Shown here: in pieces, positions 11,938 through 20,771 of the stretch
Position numbering within the stretch: the first letter of the stretch is position 1
Layout: every line of letters begins with the position of its first letter
From: Minisyncoccota bacterium
Lineage (GTDB): Bacteria; Patescibacteriota; Minisyncoccia; Phycocordibacterales; UBA2100
Direction of reading: 5' to 3'
Assembly (NCBI GenBank): GCA_031291875.1
Contig: JARLIE010000218.1
Location: 4,979-68,978, forward strand
Length of the DNA stretch: 64,000 nucleotides
Translations under genes and position numbers: made by a program
The notes under the pieces: generated by a model
Told to the model about the DNA's origin: nothing
The model's input: the letters and a program-made list of their open reading frames with translations, nothing else
Databases searched by the model: none

Positions 11938-13992
11938 ATGGCTAGACCACGTGCAAACGTTCTGTATTTTCTAAAAAACGAACTGCGACTGCGTAGTCTC
12001 CTTTTGTACGCAATAACATTCCTCTCCTATTTTGGTACCGCGACGTTCGGCGAATACCTGTTCTACTACCAGCACACTTCTCCAGCGCTCATCTGGCCAC
12101 CGTTTGGCATTGCAATCGCCGCCATCCTGATCGGCGGCTACCGCATGTGGCTGCCAATCGCGCTTGCCCAGCTATTCGCGTCATATTCCATCGGGAGTCC
12201 GCTTTCTGCGGTACTGACCGCCACCTTGGGACAAACTGTCCAGGCGTTTGTTGCCGTTTGGGTAATGCAGCGATTCAAGTTCGATGGAAACCTTTCGCGA
12301 ATATTCGACGCGTTCATTTTGATCGCGACAGCCGTCGCTGTATCGACGATAGCGCCCACATTCCTTCTTTTTGCGGGCGTGCTCGAGCATGGGCTCACCT
12401 CCCAGCTGGATATCACCTGGGTGCGAACTTGGGCAGGTAGCATGTTCAGTATTCTCCTTATAACTCCCCTTATCACGGTCTGGCTTCCGCCTCGCGAACT
12501 TAAACTTTCACCGTTTCAATTATTCGAAATGGGTATTGCGCTCGCGCTTTTGTGTGCAGACGTCTGGATTCTTGCTTGGAGCCCGTTCGTCCAAGAATAC
12601 GGTCTCACCGGTATTTATGCACTGCTCGCGATATTGGTCTGGATCGCTCTGCGCATGGAGCCGCGCATTCTTACCCTTGCACTCCTTATGCTCGCGATCA
12701 TTGGGATGGGAGGAGCGTTCTTCGCAAATCCGACTTCGACGCCGCTAAACCAAACGCTCTTCACCCAGGAATTGTTTATCGAATTTATCGCGATCATCTA
12801 CCTGGTGGTTTCCGCTCTTGCCGAAGAGCGTCGTCGCGCAAGGTACGCCCTTGAGCGCAACGTGGAGCAGCTCCGACTCGCCCTCGAAAAGATCGAGAGC
12901 GAAGATATTGCAAAAAACCAGTTCATCGCGACACTCGCGCACGAGCTTCGTAATCCGCTTGCGCCGGTCGTCTCCGCACTCGATCTACTTTCGCTCCAGG
13001 ACCCTTCGCCCGACGCCGCCCAAACTATTGAGGGCGCCCAGCGAGAGCTCAATGTGATGCGCCGGCTCCTCGACGATATTCTCGACGTCGCGCGCGTCTC
13101 CCAACCGCGATTCAAGCTGCAAGTGGAAACGACTGATGCACGAGCACTCCTCGAGCGTTGCATCGAAAGTACCAAAAATTTCCTGCGCAACCGAAGACAC
13201 ACGCTCATTGTTTCGTTGCCAGAAGATTCGGTGATCGTACGGGTCGATCCGATTCGATTCGAACAAATCGTCGTCAACCTGCTCAACAACGCTGGCAAAT
13301 ATACGGCGCCGAGTGGCCGCATCGAGCTTGAATGCAAAAAGGATGGTTCGTTTGCGTGCATAACCGTCCGAGATAACGGTGTCGGTATTCCCATGGAATC
13401 GCTTGAAGAAGTGTTCGAACCTTTCCGACAAATTCGTCCTACCGCACAGATCGGCTCAGGCCTCGGCATCGGCCTATGGCTCACCAAGCGCTTAGTCGAA
13501 ATGCATGGCGGCCGCATCGAAGCCAAAAGTGAGGGCCGCGAGCGTGGGAGCAGTTTTTCTATCTACCTTCCGCTTGAGGAGGGTCCTATCGTCCAGAGCG
13601 GTACCTCGCGTGTTTCGACGGCCGTGCTACCGCCCTTCAAGATATTAGTGGTCGACGACAATGAAGCGGCAGCCCGGGCACTGCAAAAATTGCTCCGTCT
13701 CAAAGGCAACGATGTCCGCATGGCTCACGATGGCAAGTCCGGCATCGCGACTGCCAGGGATTTTGGGCCCAAAGTAATACTGCTTGATATCGGACTTCCA
13801 GACATGAGCGGCTACGACGTGGCCAAAGAGCTCCGCAGACGAGGTTCCGACGCCGTATTGATAGCCCTAACCGGTTTTGGCCAAGAGGAGGACAAGGAAG
13901 ATGCCAAAAAGGCGGGATTCGACTACCACCTTACCAAACCAGTCGGAATTGCGGATATCGAAGCTATTCTTGGTCGCATATCTCGCCCATGA
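11938..13992 (+). CDS. Hybrid sensor histidine kinase (MASE1-HisKA-HATPase-REC)
   Basis: Multi-TM N-terminus with IWPP, LAHELRNPL, NLLNNAGKYT, DNGVGI, GLGIGL, ILVVDDN, LLDIGLP, HLTKP. Confidence 0.95.
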   Translation: MARPRANVLYFLKNELRLRSLLLYAITFLSYFGTATFGEYLFYYQHTSPALIWPPFGIAIAAILIGGYRMWLPIALAQLFASYSIGSPLSAVLTATLGQTVQAFVAVWVMQRFKFDGNLSRIFDAFILIATAVAVSTIAPTFLLFAGVLEHGLTSQLDITWVRTWAGSMFSILLITPLITVWLPPRELKLSPFQLFEMGIALALLCADVWILAWSPFVQEYGLTGIYALLAILVWIALRMEPRILTLALLMLAIIGMGGAFFANPTSTPLNQTLFTQELFIEFIAIIYLVVSALAEERRRARYALERNVEQLRLALEKIESEDIAKNQFIATLAHELRNPLAPVVSALDLLSLQDPSPDAAQTIEGAQRELNVMRRLLDDILDVARVSQPRFKLQVETTDARALLERCIESTKNFLRNRRHTLIVSLPEDSVIVRVDPIRFEQIVVNLLNNAGKYTAPSGRIELECKKDGSFACITVRDNGVGIPMESLEEVFEPFRQIRPTAQIGSGLGIGLWLTKRLVEMHGGRIEAKSEGRERGSSFSIYLPLEEGPIVQSGTSRVSTAVLPPFKILVVDDNEAAARALQKLLRLKGNDVRMAHDGKSGIATARDFGPKVILLDIGLPDMSGYDVAKELRRRGSDAVLIALTGFGQEEDKEDAKKAGFDYHLTKPVGIADIEAILGRISRP

Positions 13993-13993
13993 A

Positions 13994-14018
13994 AAAACGC
14001 CGCGGAAAGCGGCGTTTT
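13994..14018. terminator. Bidirectional intrinsic terminator
   Basis: AAAACGCCGC-ggaaa-GCGGCGTTTT between convergent genes. Confidence 0.85.
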
Positions 14019-14039
14019 CTCAATCAAAAAGGGTGACCC

Positions 14040-14297
14040 TTATTTCATGTGACCCGAGACGAGTTTCGTCATCTCAAACATCGTGACTTCTCCCTTGCCG
14101 TTGAACAAGACTTTGAGCTTGTCGTCCGCAAGGATGTTGCGCTTGTTCTGGGGGTTCTGGAGATCGTGCTTCTTGATGTACTCCCAGATCTTCTTCACGA
14201 CCTCGCCGCGTGCCATCGGGCCTTTGCCGACGACCGCTTCGAGGGCTTCGTCGAGTTCCAAGGGCTTGAGGAGCGCCGGATTGGCTTTTCGGACCAT
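14040..14297 (-). CDS. Stand-alone SWIB/MDM2-domain protein
   Basis: RGEVVKKIWEYIKKHDLQNPQNKRNILADDKLK..F....VTMFEMTKLV. Confidence 0.92.
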   Translation of the reverse strand: MVRKANPALLKPLELDEALEAVVGKGPMARGEVVKKIWEYIKKHDLQNPQNKRNILADDKLKVLFNGKGEVTMFEMTKLVSGHMK

Positions 14298-14504
14298 AGT
14301 TTTAATTAATGAATATTACTAAATCAACTGCGGGCTCATTGTAGCAGGGCCTCCCTAGAGCGCTAGGCCTTATCGAGGTCGAGTGTGTAAAGCAAAAAAT
14401 GCCATATTACGCATATATTTCGAATCTGAGTCAATGTAGGAACAAGTGCGGCACTTCAAATAAAATCTGCCTCACGGCCGATAATGCCCATTCACGCACA
14501 GGTC

Positions 14505-15197
14505 TTACTGGAATTTGAACGTGCCGACGATAGCGGCAAGAAGCGCACTAACGCGTGTTTCGTCGAATTGCTGCATACCGGAAGACTGCGGGTAATTACC
14601 CAATTGAGCCGAATGGATGGTGTACTCGACGGCATAGCACGCACCTGCATGAGTCGTTCGATAACTCGTCGTATCGTAGAGTTGCCCAGCTCCCGGATTT
14701 CGCATGGTGAAAACGGCGAACGTCGCGTTGTTGATCGATTGTGTTGTCGAAGTCGCCTCGCCGTTCTTTGCGATCAAACAATCCGCGAGCGCGAGATTGC
14801 TTTGGCTATAGCCCACCGTCAGTGTCGCTCCGACGAAATTGGTCTGAGGCTCGAACGAACTAGGAACCGTCAACGTAAAGGTTTTGATTCCTGGCGCTTG
14901 TGCAACGTTATTCACGCGCCAATCCGTTGATGGTGCCGGCGAGTTTGACGTGGTGACGGCAAAGGCCGTCGGATACGTGATCGAATATCCGGCGGAGGGG
15001 TTGGTATAGGTCGTAGTTTGCGCACTGGTCGTTGTGCTTAAAGTAGACGCCGCTGTCGTAGTGCTTTGTGTCGAAGTAGCAGCTGCACTTGTCGTCGAAG
15101 TAGATTGGCCGGTTGTTAGCCCAAAGTAAAAGGCGAGCGCGACAACCAATACAATAAGAAGCGCCCAAACGAGCCAGTTGCGGGACGAGTTGATCAT
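14505..15197 (-). CDS. Membrane-anchored extracytoplasmic protein (PsbP-like pattern)
   Basis: N-terminal TM, S/T-rich stalk, YTN...GYSITYP and IVGTFKF ends. Confidence 0.7.
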   Translation of the reverse strand: MINSSRNWLVWALLIVLVVALAFYFGLTTGQSTSTTSAAATSTQSTTTAASTLSTTTSAQTTTYTNPSAGYSITYPTAFAVTTSNSPAPSTDWRVNNVAQAPGIKTFTLTVPSSFEPQTNFVGATLTVGYSQSNLALADCLIAKNGEATSTTQSINNATFAVFTMRNPGAGQLYDTTSYRTTHAGACYAVEYTIHSAQLGNYPQSSGMQQFDETRVSALLAAIVGTFKFQ

Positions 15198-15245
15198 CGA
15201 GAGATCATAACAACAACCAGGGTGAAGACTGCATGAACTCGTTCG

Positions 15246-16211
15246 TTAGTATCGGATGATAATGCGATACCCACCTTTGTCCCGATACATCGTGATCGTA
15301 TATCCGGAACCGGGCGCATCCGCCCCTGCCGTCGCAAAGGAATAGAGCGAACGGTCACTCGGTAGTGCCGAAGTGCCATCGCTCGAAAGCGCGAGCGGGC
15401 TCGAAGGAGCATCGGTTCGCGAGACATTGAAACTCGCGCCGTCTGCGCCGAGCTCGGAAGGCTCGGCGACAGCATCGCCGTCGCTATTGTCCATACGCAA
15501 CGGACTCGCGCCAGAAGCTAGGATCGTAACCGTCTCGCCATCCTTGATCGCATAGCCGCCGCTAAAATGAATCGTGCCGAAGTAATCGAGCCCGACGGCG
15601 CCGCCAACCTCGACTGGCATTTCTTCCACCCAATCGGCGGAAGAAAGTGAAGAGTTGTAGTGCACCGTGGTTTCGTAGGATTTCCCTGTGGTCGAATTCT
15701 CAAACGCGACGTCCCAAACACCGGATGATTCCTCCGAGATCGAAACAGAAACGGAATCTCCCGGCGAGATCGAAAGTGGCACGATTTTAGAATCCGACGG
15801 GAGTAATTCCATCCATGCGCGATAGATGATCGTTCCGTTTGAATCCGGGATTGCTTCGGTTCCCGCCTGAATAAGGTCGTTGCTTGTGACGCCACCAATA
15901 CCGATCCACGTCGCATCTGCGACATTCGATCCCCTGCCATTCCGAATGTGCGGTACTGTCCAAGAACCCGACACCGAGGTGTACGTGCCTCCCGTCGCCG
16001 TATAGCCAGCCCAATTTAGTGCATCGGTATTTGAACCGGCGGGTGCGAGCGGCAAATTGGGAATCGGCTGCGGCGCCTCTGTTTGCGAGCGTGCCTCTTG
16101 TGCCACATGGGCGTCGTTCTGGGCAAGCGCGCCGTCGCCGAATACAAGAGCCCCAATGGATAGAACGAGCACACAAAGCGATAGAAATCGGAATACCGAT
16201 GAGAGGTTCAT
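15246..16211 (-). CDS. Secreted glutamic peptidase, family G1
   Basis: Signal peptide, NWAGY, WIGIGG, LIQAGT (catalytic Gln), SADWVEEMP (catalytic Glu). Confidence 0.9.
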   Translation of the reverse strand: MNLSSVFRFLSLCVLVLSIGALVFGDGALAQNDAHVAQEARSQTEAPQPIPNLPLAPAGSNTDALNWAGYTATGGTYTSVSGSWTVPHIRNGRGSNVADATWIGIGGVTSNDLIQAGTEAIPDSNGTIIYRAWMELLPSDSKIVPLSISPGDSVSVSISEESSGVWDVAFENSTTGKSYETTVHYNSSLSSADWVEEMPVEVGGAVGLDYFGTIHFSGGYAIKDGETVTILASGASPLRMDNSDGDAVAEPSELGADGASFNVSRTDAPSSPLALSSDGTSALPSDRSLYSFATAGADAPGSGYTITMYRDKGGYRIIIRY

Positions 16212-16250
16212 AAACCTACTCTATGAGCGGCGCGATTATGTCTGCATGAA

Positions 16251-16284
16251 GCAAAGCCGCCCTGGAAATCCAAGGCGGCTTTGC
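16251..16284. terminator. Hairpin, probable terminator
   Basis: GCAAAGCCGCC...GGCGGCTTTGC 11-bp stem downstream of DUF378 gene. Confidence 0.6.
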
Positions 16285-16312
16285 CGTAGTATTTTTACTT
16301 ACCGCACCGACG

Positions 16313-16552
16313 TTACATCATCGGGGCAGAGCCCGAGGAACAAGTCTTGCAATTCTTTCTGTGCATCACGAGTTCGTAGACGGCTGCGAGGCCGATGACG
16401 ATATAGATGAGCCACTGAACTACCGGCCAAGCGCCGAAGATCAGCGCCACAAGATCCCAGTTACTTCCGAAAAATCCGCCCAAACCCACCAAAAGCCAGT
16501 TGAGGCCTCCGATGATAACCAAGATCCAGGCTGTCATGTGTAATCCTTTCAT
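16313..16552 (-). CDS. DUF378 family membrane protein
   Basis: LVIIGGLNWLLVG..DLV..IFG..IYIVIGLAAVY. Confidence 0.9.
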   Translation of the reverse strand: MKGLHMTAWILVIIGGLNWLLVGLGGFFGSNWDLVALIFGAWPVVQWLIYIVIGLAAVYELVMHRKNCKTCSSGSAPMM

Positions 16553-16699
16553 GCGCGTTTTGAAATGATCGCGAGTAATGCTCGACCCTCACCTAAAAAG
16601 TATGGCACCCCTCATGAAGTTGGCTAGCTATGCCAATAGCAGCATGTGCATTACTTATAACGCATCAAAATCAGACACCTTGTCAATTCTCTCCCGCAA

Positions 16700-16930
16700 A
16701 AAATATCCCGCGCTTCCAGAGGTTCGTATGTTCACCTTCGCTTCACCGGAGGACTCTTACAATCGAGCGTAGAACAGTACCTTGATGAGCACATGCCGCC
16801 TGCCCCCTTTTGGGGAGGCAGGCGGGATGGGCTAGCAACTTTACCCGAACTTACCCGAAGTAATTTCGGCCCACGTCGCCCGTCTCCTTATATAAGTCGA
16901 TGCGGAGAGGCGCACTCCGCACCGGCCCCC
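16700..16930. ncRNA. Candidate structured non-coding RNA (family unassigned)
   Basis: Intergenic; several stems including CGCCTGCC/GGCAGGCG, TGCGGAG/CTCCGCA and closing ATCCCGC/GCGGGAT followed by a T-run on the minus strand. Confidence 0.35.
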
Positions 16931-17001
16931 ACACCGTCATGTCACCTCTGCACCAGAGCAGGATAAAAACTGTTTCCGTTGATGGTATCCGTCAAAAACC
17001 A

Positions 17002-18222
17002 ATGTTTGATATTTCCGGTGCAACCGTTGCCGTCATCGGGCTCGATCCCGACGGCTTTTCGCTTGGGAAACTAGCAGCGGCGCACGGATTCGAAACAGTC
17101 GGCTTCGATGTCGACGAGGTAAAGATCGCTCAGCTGGAAGCGAGTGATTCTGAAAAAAGTCGCCGGCTCTTATTGACAGCGGACGCTTCGAGGTTGAGCG
17201 ATGCCACTATTTTTGTGGTCAGTATGCATACAAGACAGGGCGAAGCACAATCTGTCCTTGCCGAGCTGGAACGCGAGGTCGCTATCGTCGGCAGCCATTT
17301 GAAAGAGGGCGATCTGGTGATCGTTGAATCGATCGTTTATCCCGGCGTCTGTGAACATGTCCTTCTTCCGCTCCTCGAAAAAAATTCAGGGCTCGGACGC
17401 CCCGGCCCCGATCGCTCACGCGAAGGGTTTTATTTTGCACATGCGCCCGCGACATCGGCACCGCGCCGAGTAATCGGAGCCGCGAATGCCGAGAGCCTTT
17501 CCCGCACTATCGCATTTTATCGTACGCTTGGTAACGAAACGGTATCCATGCGCTCGATCAAAGAAACCGAGGCTGTACCCATGCTTGAAGACTCGCTTCA
17601 CGACACGACGCTCGCGCTCGCCGCGGAGTTTTCGCTGTTTTTCGATCGAATTGGGATTGATATCAGCAACGTGCTCACTGCGGCTCGTATCACTACGGTA
17701 GATTCACGATCCCTTTCAGGGATACACGTGGCCCGAACTTCCCCATCCGCTTACTACCTGGCACGATCAGGGCACGAACATCAGATCGATCAGCAGTTTT
17801 TATCTACCGCTCGGCGTATGATCGATTACATGCCGAAATACGCAGCTACAGTCCTCGCGGATCTTTTACGAGAAAAAAGAATCGCGATCAAAGATGTGAC
17901 CGTCGCACTGCTTGGGCTCGTTGACGAAAACGATTCGGCTCAAGAGAGCGTCGGTTCACGAATCAGAGAAGCGCTCGAAAAAAGAGGAGCACAGGTGCAG
18001 GCATACGATCCATACCTCGCCGGCGCGGGCACCGATCTCAAATCGACCCTCGAGCAGGCACAGGCGGCGGTCATCGCAAGCGACTCCCCCGTCTTTCGCA
18101 ACCTTACGCCGCGTCAATTCGAGGAGCTCGGCATACAGGTCGTTCTCGACGCTAAAAACTGTCTCGACAAAGACGCATTTGCCGAGAGCTCGGTCATCTA
18201 TCGAGGTATCGGCCGCGGATAA
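17002..18222 (+). CDS. Degenerate UDP-glucose/GDP-mannose dehydrogenase family protein
   Basis: Three-domain layout recognisable (VGFDVD, GDLVIVES.VYPG, YDPY, VLDAKN) but catalytic motifs altered. Confidence 0.8.
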   Translation: MFDISGATVAVIGLDPDGFSLGKLAAAHGFETVGFDVDEVKIAQLEASDSEKSRRLLLTADASRLSDATIFVVSMHTRQGEAQSVLAELEREVAIVGSHLKEGDLVIVESIVYPGVCEHVLLPLLEKNSGLGRPGPDRSREGFYFAHAPATSAPRRVIGAANAESLSRTIAFYRTLGNETVSMRSIKETEAVPMLEDSLHDTTLALAAEFSLFFDRIGIDISNVLTAARITTVDSRSLSGIHVARTSPSAYYLARSGHEHQIDQQFLSTARRMIDYMPKYAATVLADLLREKRIAIKDVTVALLGLVDENDSAQESVGSRIREALEKRGAQVQAYDPYLAGAGTDLKSTLEQAQAAVIASDSPVFRNLTPRQFEELGIQVVLDAKNCLDKDAFAESSVIYRGIGRG

Positions 18223-18263
18223 TCCTCATTCCACGTTCCAAAAAAGCTGGTAGTATTGCGGTC

Positions 18264-19136
18264 ATGGCCCAAAAGATCCGAAAAGCAGTCATTCCGGCTG
18301 CAGGCTTCGGCACTCGATTTCTCCCTCAAACGAAGGCAATGCCCAAGGAAATGCTCCCGATCGTCGACAAACCGATCATTCAGTACGTCGTCGAGGAAGC
18401 CGTCGCCTCGGGTATTCAAGACATCATCATTATTACTGGTGCCCACAAGCGCTCCATCGAAGACCATTTCGACTATCCCTTCGAACTTGAGAAACGTCTG
18501 CGTGAAGCCGGGAAAGACAAGCAGGCCGACGAAGTGCTCGCCATCGCCGATATGGCGAATTTTATCTACATCCGACAAAAGGGCCCCTACGGCAATGGTA
18601 CCCCCGTCTTGAACGCACGCGATGCAATCGGCGACGAACCGTTTGCGATTTTGTGGGGCGACGAATTCATCCACTCGGACCCTCCGCGACTCAAGCAAAT
18701 GATCGATGTCTGGGAAAAGTACGAAGCGCCGAATATTTCAGCGGTGCGCGTCCCGGAAAGCCAGGTCGGCAAATATGGCATCGCTGATGTTTCGCCGGTC
18801 GAGGGAAACGTATTCAAGATCGACAAGATCATCGAGAAACCAAAACCGGGCAACGCGCCTTCAAACTTGGCGACTCACGGCGCCTACATAATGCCGCCTC
18901 GGCTTTTTGAACTACTGGAAGCGACACCGCCGGGCAAAGACGGCGAGCTGTGGCTCGTCGATGCGATTACCGCGCTCGCCAAAGAACGTGACGTATACGC
19001 GGTTGAGATTCAAAACGGCAAGTACTACGATACCGGCAACAAGCTCGAATATCTCAAGACGGTTGTTGAATTCGGTTTGAAACACCCGGATCTCAACGGA
19101 GATTTCAAGAACTTTTTGAAAGGACTTGAACTCTAG
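18264..19136 (+). CDS. galU: UTP--glucose-1-phosphate uridylyltransferase
   Basis: KAVIPAAGFGTRFLPQTKAMPKEMLPIVDKP, IEKP, YDTGNK. Confidence 0.96.
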   Translation: MAQKIRKAVIPAAGFGTRFLPQTKAMPKEMLPIVDKPIIQYVVEEAVASGIQDIIIITGAHKRSIEDHFDYPFELEKRLREAGKDKQADEVLAIADMANFIYIRQKGPYGNGTPVLNARDAIGDEPFAILWGDEFIHSDPPRLKQMIDVWEKYEAPNISAVRVPESQVGKYGIADVSPVEGNVFKIDKIIEKPKPGNAPSNLATHGAYIMPPRLFELLEATPPGKDGELWLVDAITALAKERDVYAVEIQNGKYYDTGNKLEYLKTVVEFGLKHPDLNGDFKNFLKGLEL

Positions 19137-20479
19137 TGCAACGGTGCTTTGGTGACCTCGTTCTCGATGGCGTTAATCATGTATTGTGAATTGAAATAGT
19201 TTGGAAGCTGCGAGCGCCAGAGCGAGCTATTGACGTCTACGTCCGGCGCGACGCCGTTGCCCTCGATCGGGAGATTGTCGTAACGCACCGTCAGATACTC
19301 GACGAGCTCAAGCGCGTAGGTGTCGCTCGGATCGAGTACTGTTTGCATCGGCACAATAGCCTCGACGCTTCCCCATCCGCGCGTCGTCGTTCCGACCGTA
19401 TACGCCAAGTGATCATGTTTGAGCGCCGAGGCAGAAAGTTCTGCGGTGGACTGTGTCATTGAGTCCGTCAAGACCGCGATCTGCTTGAATTGCAACGTCG
19501 TCGGATCTTTCGCGATATTGGCGGTGCGCTGCACCTGCAGATTGCCCTGGTGGTACAAATCGAACGCATATTCGTTGGGACCGAAGAAAAGTGCGAGGAA
19601 ATTTTGCGCGAACGAAAGATCTCCGCCGATATTTCCGCGAACATCGATGATGAGATTGTCGAGCGCAGGAGTTGTCGAGGCGGAATCGATCGCAGCCGCA
19701 ACTTCTGCGATCGTGGATGGCGCGACGGAGCTAATATCGATGTAGAGCGTGTGCGAATTCAGTACATGCGTAAAGACAGTCGCCTCAGCACCCGTTTGAT
19801 CGTAAATGGCCTTCGCCGTCGGATTAGTTAGAGTTGCGGCCGCCTTTTGCACTTGCGCGAGCTCTTGTTTACCTTGCGCAGAGGTCGTGGCAGCGAGCTG
19901 CGCACTTTTCTCGGCAGCAGCTTGAGCGACTGCAGCCTCGCTCGAGCCCTGCGGAATACCGAGATCGTCGTACAAATTGTTGTTGGGATTCACATTATTG
20001 ACCGTATTTTCGAGCTGTTGCTTCGCCTGACTCGAAAGCAAGTTATTGCGGCCGGTCGGCGCGAGATTATAGAGCGCGACCTGCAACGTGCCGAGCGCGA
20101 GCTGCTCTTGGGTCGTGGTCGAACTACCGGCGAATGCCGCCGAGAGCATTTGCGCGACACCTTCGCGGGTGGAACTCGCAAGCGTCGCGTTTGACGCAGC
20201 GGGAGCGTTCAGGTTTTGTCCTGCTTTCTGGACTGACGCCAAAAAAAGCTTGGCCATGTCGGCATCTTGGACTTGCTGCCAGTACTGCCCTTCGATATCG
20301 TCATAGGCTTCCATATCAAAACGAACATAGACATTGCTCGCCTCCTGCGAAGTTTTGTATTCAGTGGCCGTTGCGACAGAAGCGGCGGCGGCACTCTTGC
20401 CGTGCCACCAGTAGAATCCAGAGCCGGCGGCGACAAAAATAATAGCGGCGAATGCGGCGATCGAGCGATACGCTTTCAT
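19133..20479 (-). CDS. S41-family peptidase-like protein with J-domain-like insert
   Basis: N-terminal TM, LIIDVRGNIGG, TQSTAE, VGTTTRGWG, IEGNGVAPDV. Confidence 0.8.
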   Translation of the reverse strand: MKAYRSIAAFAAIIFVAAGSGFYWWHGKSAAAASVATATEYKTSQEASNVYVRFDMEAYDDIEGQYWQQVQDADMAKLFLASVQKAGQNLNAPAASNATLASSTREGVAQMLSAAFAGSSTTTQEQLALGTLQVALYNLAPTGRNNLLSSQAKQQLENTVNNVNPNNNLYDDLGIPQGSSEAAVAQAAAEKSAQLAATTSAQGKQELAQVQKAAATLTNPTAKAIYDQTGAEATVFTHVLNSHTLYIDISSVAPSTIAEVAAAIDSASTTPALDNLIIDVRGNIGGDLSFAQNFLALFFGPNEYAFDLYHQGNLQVQRTANIAKDPTTLQFKQIAVLTDSMTQSTAELSASALKHDHLAYTVGTTTRGWGSVEAIVPMQTVLDPSDTYALELVEYLTVRYDNLPIEGNGVAPDVDVNSSLWRSQLPNYFNSQYMINAIENEVTKAPLH

Positions 20480-20704
20480 GGCTCTCCACTATACCCTACC
20501 GAAAACCCTCACACTCAATCGATAGTGTGCATACAAGCGCATTCTCGATTGAGGTGCCGATCGAGACCAACGAGCACATCGGCCCCGATCGCGAGTTGCT
20601 GGCCGTACTTACTTCCCATCAATGATCTTTGATCTTTAGAACTACCAATCCCGGGCACAAGCTAGATTTGCTTATTTTAAGCCGTTTTTTAGGATTATGA
20701 AGAC

Positions 20705-20738
20705 AGCTCATGAATTCTTCATTTACAAGCCGTACACT
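20705..20738 (+). promoter_or_regulatory. 11-bp direct repeat plus -10 box (pho-box-like)
   Basis: AGCTCAT-gaat-TCTTCAT-N10-TACACT upstream of regulator/kinase pair. Confidence 0.55.
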
Positions 20739-20771
20739 GGAGGCTAGGACTTATAAGCCTAACATTTGCGT

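Noticed and set aside
16890-16932. tmRNA 5' end (GGGGCCG...TCGAC on minus strand)
   Set aside because: No matching T-arm/acceptor 3' end found nearby in either standard or permuted order
20512-20585. Hairpins CTCAATCGA/TCGATTGAG and GCCGAT/ATCGGC between divergent genes
   Set aside because: Short stems with no motif, terminator tail or second copy; insufficient support for an RNA
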